Source: an uncultured delta proteobacterium (GTDB lineage: Bacteria; Desulfobacterota; Binatia; UBA9968). Taken from it: a DNA stretch of 64,000 nucleotides. Shown piece after piece: positions 35,837 through 44,963 of the stretch; position 1 is the stretch's first letter, and the number at the start of each line of letters is the position of its first letter. The notes beneath the pieces were generated by a model. It was not told where the DNA came from, made no database searches, and saw only the letters and a program-made list of their open reading frames with translations. Both the position numbers and the translations under genes were made by a program. The DNA is taken from contig CAVUZH010000014.1 of NCBI GenBank assembly GCA_963745835.1, positions 352,001-416,000 of the forward strand. The letters run 5' to 3'.

Positions 35837-36469
35837 ATGAAAAAATTTTTAGTTCTGCTCGTTGCTGGTTTCAGCGTCGGGATATTAGGTATGGTCGAAC
35901 CGAACACAGCCTTTGCCCATTGTGACGGGCTCGACGGTCCCGTGGTTGAAGCGGCGCAGAGAGCTTTGGATTCTGGTAATCCTAATCTTGTCTTGATCTG
36001 GGTCCAGAAGCGCGATGAAAAGGAGATCAGAGCAGCTTTCGAAAAAACGCTCGCAGTGCGGAAATACGGTAGCCAGGCGAGGGAACTTGCCGATCTCTAT
36101 TTTTTCGAGACGCTGGTACGCATCCATCGAGCCGGAGAAGGCGAACCTTACACCGGGCTCAAACCTTCCGGGCGCAACCTCGGGCCGGCAATTCCTGCGG
36201 CAGATAAGGCTTTGGAAAGCCGGGAGGTAGAGCCGCTGCTCAAGCTGATCACCGAAGAGACCCGAAGAGCCATCCGCGACAGGTATGAAGATGTGCTGGC
36301 GAAGAAACACTATCGACCAAACGACGTTGAGGCAGGACGAGAATATGTGGAAGCCTATGTTCTCCTCCTCGAACAGGTCGAGCGGATATATGAGGCTGCG
36401 AACAGCCCTGCCCGGGGCCATATAGAGAAAACTGGAAAAACCGAATTGCATAAAGAAGAAAAGCATTGA
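35837..36469 (+). CDS. DUF6448-family exported protein (His/Cys metal-binding start)
   Basis: Signal peptide then AHCDGLDGPVV; FFETLVRIHRAGEGEPYTGLKP. Confidence 0.8.
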   Translation: MKKFLVLLVAGFSVGILGMVEPNTAFAHCDGLDGPVVEAAQRALDSGNPNLVLIWVQKRDEKEIRAAFEKTLAVRKYGSQARELADLYFFETLVRIHRAGEGEPYTGLKPSGRNLGPAIPAADKALESREVEPLLKLITEETRRAIRDRYEDVLAKKHYRPNDVEAGREYVEAYVLLLEQVERIYEAANSPARGHIEKTGKTELHKEEKH

Positions 36470-36486
36470 TTAAAAGAGGGCCTACG

Positions 36487-36939
36487 ATGATATTCAAAAT
36501 TCCCACGCCTTTGAAACTGGAACATGACGAGCTTCACGCCGATCTTGTCAAGGCAACTCAAGCTGGCGGGCGGGTAGGCGATGCCGCTAAGATGGTGGCC
36601 AAAGTCCTTCACGAGCACTTTGTGAAAGAAGAAGAGTTTGCCTTGCCGCCACTCGGATTACTCTCCGCACTGGCTCGGGATCAAGTCGACGAAGTTATGA
36701 AGACCGCAGTACCTATGACTGATCGACTGAAAGCAGAGCTGCCGGAAATGCTGCAGGAGCATGAAGCTGTGGTTGCTGCTCTGAAAACTTTGATCACGGC
36801 GGCTCAGGCTGAGAATAAACCGGAGCATGCGCGCTTCGCCGAGAAGTTGATCTTACATGCCCGGACTGAAGAGGAAGTGCTTTATCCCACTGCAATATTG
36901 ATTGGGGAATACTTAAAACTAAGACTTAGCGCCTCGTAG
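36487..36939 (+). CDS. Hemerythrin (HHE) domain protein
   Basis: EHDELH, HFVKEEE, EHEA, HARTEEEVLYP. Confidence 0.85.
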   Translation: MIFKIPTPLKLEHDELHADLVKATQAGGRVGDAAKMVAKVLHEHFVKEEEFALPPLGLLSALARDQVDEVMKTAVPMTDRLKAELPEMLQEHEAVVAALKTLITAAQAENKPEHARFAEKLILHARTEEEVLYPTAILIGEYLKLRLSAS

Positions 36940-37126
36940 CGCAAAATTTAAATCGCTCTCTAATACGGCCGCGTCATGAAGCAGCTAAATCGTGGGCCGC
37001 TGATTTCTGTACACTGACTTGTTACGGGGGTTTGTCCGGGCGCGAGTAGGCACAGGGTGCGCATTGGTTCTTCGGTTTCCGCGGCGTTGTTCCAGATACC
37101 AATTCATCGCATGCGCTTGAAAACTT

Positions 37127-37229
37127 TTCTCATTGTTTAGAAACAAGATCGGCGCCTCTCCGAAAAACGAGAACAAATCATCGAAAGGTTCGAAGCTTGT
37201 CGGGCGGCAAAACTGGCACTTCTATTGCT
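37127..37229 (+). promoter_or_regulatory. sigma54 promoter with paired upstream boxes
   Basis: TTCTCA-TTGT-TTAGAA (37127), CTCCGA-AAAA-CGAGAA (37158), CTGGCACTTCTATTGCT (37213-37229). Confidence 0.7.
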
Positions 37230-37289
37230 CTCTCTGAATTGGAGAGAATTGATCTTAACCGACAAGCTAGGCAGCTGATGGGGGACAGT

Positions 37290-38006
37290 ATGTTTACCGA
37301 AAAGATAGAGCTAAAAGATCTCGATAAGATGGATGCGGAATATCGGGATCTGCTGGGGCGCGTGTTGACGATACAGGCAGATTGCGAGATCGGCGGACCG
37401 CACCTTTATGTAGAAACGATGCTGCCGGCGGCGCCCAGTAAGCTTGATCAACTGATCGTCGCGCGCACGGCGGCCGAGGAGATCGATCATTTCCGCAAAG
37501 TTGCGCGAGTGGCCGGGGATATGGGAGTCGATGTTTCATTTGTGCTGAGCCAGCCCAACGAAAAACGCTTCGTCGACTCCTTCCGTGGTCTCATCACAAC
37601 CTGGGAAGACCACGCGGTTTTCGGCTTTTTGATCGATCGGGTCGGGCGATACCAGCTTGAAGAATTCTATGATTGCAGTTATCTGCCGCTGCAGCGAATT
37701 CTTCCGGACATTGTCACCGAGGAACTGGGGCATATCGAATACGGTTACAACAAAAGCCTCGAACTGATGTCCAAGGGTGACGAGCAAAAAGAACGCGTCC
37801 AAAAGGCTATCGATTATTGGTATGTTCGCGCGCTCGACATGTTCGGTCGCAGCGGATCCAAACGCGCCGAGCGCTATCTTTATTGGGGATTAAAAAGGCG
37901 GAGCAATGAGCAGGCTCGCGAAGACTACATCCGTGAAGTCAATCCGATCCTGCTTAGCTTGGGTCTCAAAATTCCCGATCCGCTCGAAGGCCGCCGCTAT
38001 ATCTGA
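37290..38006 (+). CDS. PaaA/BoxB-like ferritin-fold diiron protein (short form, 238 aa)
   Basis: QADCE, EEIDH, LIDRVG, EELGH, ALDMFG, WGLKRRSNEQAR. Confidence 0.8.
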   Translation: MFTEKIELKDLDKMDAEYRDLLGRVLTIQADCEIGGPHLYVETMLPAAPSKLDQLIVARTAAEEIDHFRKVARVAGDMGVDVSFVLSQPNEKRFVDSFRGLITTWEDHAVFGFLIDRVGRYQLEEFYDCSYLPLQRILPDIVTEELGHIEYGYNKSLELMSKGDEQKERVQKAIDYWYVRALDMFGRSGSKRAERYLYWGLKRRSNEQAREDYIREVNPILLSLGLKIPDPLEGRRYI

Positions 38007-38020
38007 CAAAGGAGATTGTT

Positions 38021-38212
38021 ATGCCGCAAGCAGCACCTGATACGGAAAAGCTCGACGAGCACCTACTCGAAGTCGTCCGCGCCCTGCACGCGGCCGTCAA
38101 GCAGGGAGTTTCCCATTTAAATGACGCCACAGTGATGGATAAAGCGATTGCCGATAGTAAAGAAATTCTCGACGTCATCATGGCCGGAGAGGTGAAGGAG
38201 TGGCTGAACTGA
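38021..38212 (+). CDS. Small helical hypothetical protein, 63 aa
   Basis: RBS AAAGGAG; operonic spacing of 14 and 33 bp. Confidence 0.7.
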   Translation: MPQAAPDTEKLDEHLLEVVRALHAAVKQGVSHLNDATVMDKAIADSKEILDVIMAGEVKEWLN

Positions 38213-38245
38213 GTTCGGCGGAGGTTCAGCGCTCAGGGACATTTT

Positions 38246-38680
38246 ATGAGCGAAGGAAAAACTCATCTCTACGAGACCGAAGTCGAGTGGATTGGCGCAA
38301 AGGACCTGAAGCTTAGCGGCGCCAAGCAGCCTGCGATCGCCGCAGGAGCGCCGCCGGAGTTTCAGGGCCGGGAGGAAAACTGGTCGCCGGAGCATCTGTT
38401 AGTTGCCTCGCTGAACAGTTGTTACGTGCTGACCTTGATTGCGATTGCGGAATTCTCGAAAGTCGCTCTCGTTAGTTGTTCCTCCACGGCAAAGGGAAAG
38501 CTAGAGAAACTGCCAGGGGGCGGCTATCAGATCACCGAGATTACCGTCAAGCCAAAGGTGGTTCTTGCGTCGGCCGTCGACCTCTCGCGCATGCCGCGAA
38601 TCCTGGAAAAAGCCAAAGACAATTGCTTTATCTCCAACTCGATTAAGGCGACAATCAAGATCGAGCCCGAAATCTTTTGA
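38246..38680 (+). CDS. OsmC/Ohr-family protein
   Basis: APPEFQG...WSPEHLLVASLNSC...CFISNSI. Confidence 0.9.
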   Translation: MSEGKTHLYETEVEWIGAKDLKLSGAKQPAIAAGAPPEFQGREENWSPEHLLVASLNSCYVLTLIAIAEFSKVALVSCSSTAKGKLEKLPGGGYQITEITVKPKVVLASAVDLSRMPRILEKAKDNCFISNSIKATIKIEPEIF

Positions 38681-38862
38681 TCATCAGACGCAGACATCTT
38701 TTTGTCCATCGGGAGAATCTCCAGACTGATGCATCTGCCGGTCAGCTAACTAAAGGGTTTCGTCAATAGCTTCATCACCCACGACTCCTCTGCTTCACGA
38801 GTTGTTTCTTGAGCCAACCGGACGAAGCATAATATATTTGCAAGATCGCAAAAGAAGCCGAA

Positions 38863-39792
38863 ATGGAACGATCCGGTCTTACTCGCTTCGCATGGCTCTC
38901 GATCAGCGCCGCGCTGGCGACCATTGCTTTGAAAGCTTTGGCGTATTTCGTCACGGATTCCGTGGGGCTGTTGTCGGATGCATTGGAGTCATTGGTGAAT
39001 CTGGCTGCGGCTCTCATGGCGCTCGCAATGCTGATCGTTGCGGCTCGACCGCCAGATGAGATTCACGCCTTCGGCTACGGCAAAGCCGAGTATTTTTCCA
39101 GCGGCGCTGAAGGGGCGCTGATTATCCTTGCGGCGGCCATCATCGCCTGGACCGCGCTGCCACGTTTGATTACGCCACAGCCTTTGGAGCAAGTGGGCAT
39201 CGGTCTTGGCGCATCGATCGTAGCAGCGGCGCTCAATTTTTTCGTTGCCCGGCATTTGCTCAGCGGCAGCAAACAGTATCGCTCCATCACACTTGAAGCC
39301 GACGCCCATCACCTGATGACCGATGTCTGGACTTCGGCCGGTGTGGTCGCCGGAGTCGCGATTGTCGCCCTGACCGGCTGGACACGTCTTGATGCGGTGA
39401 TCGCGTTGTGTGTTGCCGTCAATATTTTATTCACGGGAGTGCGACTGCTACGCCGCTCGTTGCTTGGACTTTTAGACAGGGCGTTGGGACCTACCGAGCA
39501 AGAACTAATAAAAGAAATCCTCAGCCGATATGGCAGCCAGGGTCTTCACTATCATGCGCTGCGCACGAGGCAGGCGGGAATGCGGTCGTTCATTTCCTTC
39601 CATGTACTCGTGCCGGGAGAATGGACCGTTCAGCGCGGGCATGATCTGGTCGAACGAGTAGAGCGCGATATACGCGCGGCGGTTCCCGGCGCAACGGTCT
39701 TCACTCACCTCGAGCCGATCAATGATCCGGCAGCTTGGCTGGACTTAACGCTTGATCGGAGAGACGATGCAATACGCAGCAAGTGCAACTAA
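38863..39792 (+). CDS. Cation diffusion facilitator (FieF-like)
   Basis: [28 protein letters not shown]. Confidence 0.92.
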   Translation: MERSGLTRFAWLSISAALATIALKALAYFVTDSVGLLSDALESLVNLAAALMALAMLIVAARPPDEIHAFGYGKAEYFSSGAEGALIILAAAIIAWTALPRLITPQPLEQVGIGLGASIVAAALNFFVARHLLSGSKQYRSITLEADAHHLMTDVWTSAGVVAGVAIVALTGWTRLDAVIALCVAVNILFTGVRLLRRSLLGLLDRALGPTEQELIKEILSRYGSQGLHYHALRTRQAGMRSFISFHVLVPGEWTVQRGHDLVERVERDIRAAVPGATVFTHLEPINDPAAWLDLTLDRRDDAIRSKCN

Positions 39793-40139
39793 AAGGCAAA
39801 TCGGTTATCGGGTTCGGCTGTCGATTTGATAAAAAGCGCTATGAGGCAGTTACAAACCTGACGGATTGGCATTTGATTAGTAGAGGAGAGAAGTATCGCC
39901 GGCGGGTTGTGGTCATTGCGTTATTCCTTATCTACTCGCGCGATGTTCTGAGCGCTGCTTCATCTGGGGTGCGAACTTGGAATGGCCGATAACTTCAAGT
40001 CTCGACGCCACAGCAGTCACAACCTCCCGCCTCGTTTATTCGCAGCGCGGATCCGCCTGAAGGTTTGCTGTAGAACTCGCGAGCTTGCGGTATCACTTTA
40101 TCTGTCTCGATCGAGACATGATTGATTCGAAAAAGCTTG

Positions 40140-41084
40140 TCAGCTAATCTCCAGCTCTTCGATCTTGCGGTAGAGCGACGAGAGACTGATATCCAGAAGC
40201 CTGGCCGCCTCTTTCCGGTCTTGATGGGCTAGGTCCAGAGCGCGCAGAATGTGCTGCTTTTCGAATTGTCGCGACGCATCCCTGAGATTGAATGTGAAGC
40301 CAGGATTGGTTTGACTACTGGCGATGATAGCGCTTGGCAGATTCTTCAACATGATTCGGTCGCCTTCGGCAAGAATCATCGTATGCTCGATGACGTTGTC
40401 GAGCTCGCGAACGTTGCCCTTCCATTGCAGCGCCATTAGAACGCGCACCGCGGCCTCGTCGATACCCTGAAAATTTCTTTTGAGCTCCGGGTTGTGACGC
40501 TTGATGAAATGTTCGATCAACTCCGGAATATCCTCCGGCCGCTCCCGTAAAGGGGGAATATGGATTTCCATGACATTGAGACGATAGTAGAGATCTTCGC
40601 GAAAGCGACCGGCTTCAACTTCGTTATCTAAGTTTCGATTGGTTGCGGCCAAAACCCGAACGTCGATCCGGCGCGGTGTCGTGCTCCCCAGCGGAAGAAT
40701 TTCCTTGGCTTCCAAAGCTCTGAGCAATTTGACTTGGAGGTGCGGCGGGATCTCGCCGATTTCATCGAGAAAAATGGTTCCGCCTCTGGCCTTCTCGAAC
40801 AACCCTTCCTGATTGGCGAAAGCCCCCGTGAAAGAACCTTTTATATGGCCGAAAACGAGACTTTCCAGCAGCGTCTCCGGTAGTGCGCCGCAGTTGACTG
40901 GCAGAAAAACTTTTTCGTGACGATCGCTAAGCGCGTGGAGCGCTAGAGCAATGAGTTCTTTACCGGTGCCGCTTTCGCCCGTGATCAGAACCGTCGCTTG
41001 AGTGTTGGCAACTTTCTTGACCAGCTCTAGGACGTCATGAATCGCCTTGCTTTTGCCAATGATGTTGTTCAATTGAAAGTCCAT
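40140..41084 (-). CDS. sigma54 enhancer-binding protein with no N-terminal regulatory domain
   Basis: Starts directly at IIGKS; GESGTGKE, GSFTGA, FLDEIGE, FREDLYYRL, Fis-type HTH. Confidence 0.9.
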   Translation of the reverse strand: MDFQLNNIIGKSKAIHDVLELVKKVANTQATVLITGESGTGKELIALALHALSDRHEKVFLPVNCGALPETLLESLVFGHIKGSFTGAFANQEGLFEKARGGTIFLDEIGEIPPHLQVKLLRALEAKEILPLGSTTPRRIDVRVLAATNRNLDNEVEAGRFREDLYYRLNVMEIHIPPLRERPEDIPELIEHFIKRHNPELKRNFQGIDEAAVRVLMALQWKGNVRELDNVIEHTMILAEGDRIMLKNLPSAIIASSQTNPGFTFNLRDASRQFEKQHILRALDLAHQDRKEAARLLDISLSSLYRKIEELEIS

Positions 41085-41240
41085 TGACCTATTAAGCCGG
41101 ATGTAGCAGTCATCGGCACGTCACGCGATTTGCGTTGTTTTGCGCGCGAATCCTCTCCTTACGAAATGCCGGCAGCACGCCATCGGCAAGATAAAAGCGT
41201 GCGATGAATGTGTCAAGGAGATGGGAGTTGGAACTCGGAC

Positions 41241-41744
41241 TCAGAGTCTCTCGGCCGCCTGAATAAGCTCCGGATCGGAACAGAAGCGGCGCAGTGCGGT
41301 CTTTAGTTTTTGTCTTTGCACCGCGGCGGGAACGCCCAAATTCTCCATGGTTTTGCCGATGTGCGGGCCTCCCAATTGCAACAATTTGCCGTAGATCACA
41401 TCGATCTCGGAGCTTTCTATTTCGAGCGCAATTTTGAAAGCATCCTCGACGGCGAGCGTCGGTGTACCTTGGTCGAGAAGGGACTGCAGTCGAGCGGCTA
41501 CTCTATCGGCACTGTCACTGCTGATCATCGGATCGAGGGATTCGTCCTCATAGTTAAGGATAAGGTCCCGGCACGCGCCCAGAATACTCGCATGCTGCTC
41601 TTCTTCTCGCGCCATCTCCCACCAAAAGTCCCGCAGGTCCTGTCGCGTTAAAAAGAGATGTGAGAATCGATAGTATATCTTCGCTATCAGCCGTTCGATT
41701 TCGGCAAAGCGCAGCAGGGGATCGAATGGAGCTAAGGTGATCAT
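41241..41744 (-). CDS. Ferritin-like (rubrerythrin-like) protein
   Basis: EIE...YY, WWEMAREEEQH, ALEIESSE. Confidence 0.7.
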   Translation of the reverse strand: MITLAPFDPLLRFAEIERLIAKIYYRFSHLFLTRQDLRDFWWEMAREEEQHASILGACRDLILNYEDESLDPMISSDSADRVAARLQSLLDQGTPTLAVEDAFKIALEIESSEIDVIYGKLLQLGGPHIGKTMENLGVPAAVQRQKLKTALRRFCSDPELIQAAERL

Positions 41745-41842
41745 GATTACAGATTCTCCTTCAACAACGGCAGCAGCTCAGCTTGTCCGAAATCCGACTC
41801 TGCGGCATTCTGAGAGACTGTCGGCGCAGATATTTCACTCCG

Positions 41843-42424
41843 CTAAAGCGCCTTCGCAGTTCCGTTCTTTCGATGCCCGTCAAAAAAGTAACCAGGCCTC
41901 CAAGGGGTTCCCAGCGCAGGCAAGAGCCAGCGGTCAAGTCCGATCCATCCCGCGTTGCGCCAGGCGAGAACCAGCCAGGTTGCTATTGCGAAGAGCATCC
42001 CATTGGTCGAAGCCGATCCAGCCATGATAAAACTCCAGTTCATCAATCCGCCGAAGAACGCGGCCACTCCAACGAAGGCCCCAAAGATCAGTCCTGCAGC
42101 GACCAGAAGTTCGCCGAAAACGATGACTTTGGAAAACCATGTGTGCGCCTCGGCGTTCACCAAAAATTCTATAAAGCTTCGGTACCAGTCGTAGGAGATC
42201 GCCGGCTTGGGGGTCATCTTAAGGCCTCGCTTCCAATACTCGAGCAACGCTTCGCCGCTGCCAATCCATTTGGGGTCGACGAACTTGTGCCATCCCGCTT
42301 CCCACCAAGCCCAACCAAGATATAGCCGTAACGGTAGCCAGAGCCAACTAAACCGCGTGTCCGCAAAGAGCAATCGGGCAATGCGGGGTTCCTCGATGAC
42401 GACTGATTCTCTGTTCGCATTCAT
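41843..42424 (-). CDS. DoxX-family membrane protein (TQO small subunit DoxD-like)
   Basis: LRLYLGWAWWEAGWHK, FGELLV, GSASTN, AGWIGLD; RBS GAGGAG before MNANR. Confidence 0.85.
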   Translation of the reverse strand: MNANRESVVIEEPRIARLLFADTRFSWLWLPLRLYLGWAWWEAGWHKFVDPKWIGSGEALLEYWKRGLKMTPKPAISYDWYRSFIEFLVNAEAHTWFSKVIVFGELLVAAGLIFGAFVGVAAFFGGLMNWSFIMAGSASTNGMLFAIATWLVLAWRNAGWIGLDRWLLPALGTPWRPGYFFDGHRKNGTAKAL

Positions 42425-42456
42425 GGTCTTTCTCCTCTTGTTCCCCATATCCGATC

Positions 42457-42570
42457 CGCACATACCGTACCATAACGCACTCGACCACAAATGCGGAGTA
42501 CCTGGCCGAATAGCTCATTGAATTTTTGCAAACCTGAGAATTAGCCGCTGGCCATTCGCTAGATTGAGAA
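42457..42570 (-). promoter_or_regulatory. sigma54 promoter with paired upstream boxes (DoxX operon)
   Basis: ATGGTACGGTATGTGCG (42457-42473); TTCTCA-GGTT-TGCAAA (42525-42540) and TTCTCA-ATCT-AGCGAA (42555-42570). Confidence 0.6.
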
Positions 42571-42676
42571 AATTGCTGCGTCGGAGGTTAAATGAAAGTG
42601 TTCGAGGATGCTAGCTGAAGACGGTTAGCTGTCGAGATGAGGTGTGCCGGATGATTTTGAAAAAGGCACTCCAGAA

Positions 42677-42797
42677 TTCTCAGCGCTAAGAACATGATGT
42701 CAACTATTTCTCACGGCTAAGAAACGGCCGTACGGAATTGTATTCCGGCTTAGTAATATGAGGCCTTTTTCACCTTAAGGATGGCATTTCTGTTGCG
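42677..42797 (+). promoter_or_regulatory. sigma54 promoter with paired upstream boxes (BoxB-like gene)
   Basis: TTCTCAGCGCTAAGAA (42677), TTCTCACGGCTAAGAA (42708), ATGGCATTTCTGTTGCG (42781-42797). Confidence 0.75.
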
Positions 42798-42839
42798 ATT
42801 CTTCGATCAGGTAGCAAACCCAAGCGATCGGAGAAGAAA

Positions 42840-43967
42840 ATGATGACGCACAACATCTCAACATTCGATGACTGGAAAGATCTATTTTCCAAATGGCAGA
42901 CAGACGTCGGTTTTGATTCCGCCCTGGTTAAGGATTACACGTACGACGCGATTTACGATGCCGGAACCGCGGGGGAAATAGAGTTCGGCGAGTTTAAGGG
43001 CCGGAAGAAGTTTGAAAAGATTCTCGATATTCCGACGCAGGAGATGCGCGATTCTCTGCTCCATCTGATTTATTACCAAGGGGACACCGAATTTGCCTCG
43101 ACAGAACAACAGCGGAAACTTCTCGATACGGCTCCCAGCGACTACGATTTACAGTGCTTACTGCGCGTGATGCGAGAAGAACAGCGCCATGGGTGGCAGA
43201 TGTGCCACGTCCTTATGAGCCAGTTCGGCGATTCAGGCAAGATCGAGGCGAGAAAGCTCCTTGAACGACGCGCATACGACGGAACCCGGCTGTTAGGCGC
43301 TTTCAATCAGGAGATGGATAATTGGATCGACTTTTTCACTTACACGTGTTTCATCGACCGAGACGGCAAATTCCAGCTGACGATGCTGCACCGCTCTAGC
43401 TTTGCACCCTTGTCAAGGAGCATGGGACCAATGCTCAAAGAAGAGGCTTTTCACCTCTTCACCGGCCAGAGCGGTCTTATGAGAATTATCAAGACCGGCA
43501 AAGTACCGATCGATATCTTACAGAAATATCTCAACAAATGGCTATCCACCGGCTACGATCTTTTCGGTAAGGACCACTCCAGTTCTGCTGCGCGATTCTA
43601 TAGATGGGGTTTTAAGGGGAGATTCGATGAGGCGCTTGGCTCTGACCTGCCCGGGGACCTCGATCGTCTAAATGAGGCGGCGAGAAATCTATACTACAAG
43701 GAGAGTTGCGAGATTATCACGAGTCTCAACGCCCTTATCCCAGACGGCAAGCCGAAGTTGCGGGCGCCTAGCCCTAAGTTCAATCGGCAGATCGGTGATT
43801 ATGCTGGACAGACATATAGCGTCGGCGGCTATCTCCTCTCCGGTGCGGATTACCGGGATCATCTCAGGGACGTGCTCCCTGGTCCGGGCGATTTACATCA
43901 GCTCGAGACGATCTTTAAGAGCAAGGACTGGATCACAGCTGGACATGCACAGTCTCAGAAGTCGTGA
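42840..43967 (+). CDS. BoxB-like (benzoyl-CoA epoxidase/PaaA family) diiron protein
   Basis: QGDTEFASTEQQR, TAPSDYDL, EEQRH, LGAFN, FIDRDGKFQL, EEAFH, DLFG. Confidence 0.85.
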   Translation: MMTHNISTFDDWKDLFSKWQTDVGFDSALVKDYTYDAIYDAGTAGEIEFGEFKGRKKFEKILDIPTQEMRDSLLHLIYYQGDTEFASTEQQRKLLDTAPSDYDLQCLLRVMREEQRHGWQMCHVLMSQFGDSGKIEARKLLERRAYDGTRLLGAFNQEMDNWIDFFTYTCFIDRDGKFQLTMLHRSSFAPLSRSMGPMLKEEAFHLFTGQSGLMRIIKTGKVPIDILQKYLNKWLSTGYDLFGKDHSSSAARFYRWGFKGRFDEALGSDLPGDLDRLNEAARNLYYKESCEIITSLNALIPDGKPKLRAPSPKFNRQIGDYAGQTYSVGGYLLSGADYRDHLRDVLPGPGDLHQLETIFKSKDWITAGHAQSQKS

Positions 43968-44017
43968 CTGAAGTGATGGGGGGACGTTGCTGGAACAAAC
44001 TTGAAAGGAGAGATCAG

Positions 44018-44335
44018 ATGGATGCACTATATTTCGATAAACTGCGGGGCCGCCGAATGGAGATTGAGACGACTTTACGACATCTCGATATCCAGCGGCG
44101 TGATGTTGAAGAAAACACCGACTGGATGAATAGAGCTGCTTACGAGAGCCGGATTTACCTGCTCGCCCGCTTATCCTCATGGTATCAGGACGAAACAGGT
44201 CAAATAGAGAGAGCGCTCGAACGGCGAGATGCTAGTTTGTACAGCCTCTGCTTTGGATGCCATGAACCTATCGGAAGAGAGCTCTTGGAAGCTGACCCTA
44301 AAGCGCAGTTTTGCTTCGAGTGCCAAGAGTCATGA
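44018..44335 (+). CDS. TraR/DksA C4 zinc-finger protein
   Basis: IERALER...CFGCHEPI...CFECQE. Confidence 0.75.
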   Translation: MDALYFDKLRGRRMEIETTLRHLDIQRRDVEENTDWMNRAAYESRIYLLARLSSWYQDETGQIERALERRDASLYSLCFGCHEPIGRELLEADPKAQFCFECQES

Positions 44336-44459
44336 TCCGTAGTTTTGGCTTCGAAGTCACAGGCTACAACAGTGAATAGTTAGCGAGACCATGAAGCTGA
44401 CGGCTAAGCAAACTCGTTTCGGCTTGATCCTGCAGCGATGCCTTCTTGAGTGGTCACCC

Positions 44460-44906
44460 GAGTGGCGATTCTTATGGGACTGTTGAAAACGATTCTAGCA
44501 CCAACGGATTTGTCCGACGTCTCAGCCGAGGGCGTTCGTTACGCGTGCCGACTGGCTACGGAGATTGGGCGGAACTCATCGTCCTCAGCGTTATGCTATT
44601 GAACAAAAGCAACGCCGTCGAGAAGTACGACATTGCATACCATCAAAGACGGCTCGAAAATCATCCTCGTGAGAACTCGCCGATGCGGGGCTGTGTTGAA
44701 AGCGCCCCAGATGGTCGATGCCGGCACCCCACGCTGCCATCGTCAGCTGCACCGAGAAGGAAGGGGCCAACCTGATCGTTATGTCTTCGCACTATCGGAG
44801 CGAATTGACCCGGATGTTGATCGGCAGTGTTACGGCTAAAGTCTTGCGTGCTGCACCATGCCCCCATGCTATCGTCCTACGATCGAATGACAAAGTATTT
44901 CGCTAA
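44460..44906 (+). pseudogene. Universal stress protein remnant
   Basis: KTILAPTDLS; ANLIVMSSH...LIGSVTAKVLRAAPCP; internal disruption. Confidence 0.75.
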
Positions 44907-44963
44907 CGATAAACTACATAAAGCTGCCGTTGATGAAGAGTTTAAAGTTGATTCTTCAAGGCG

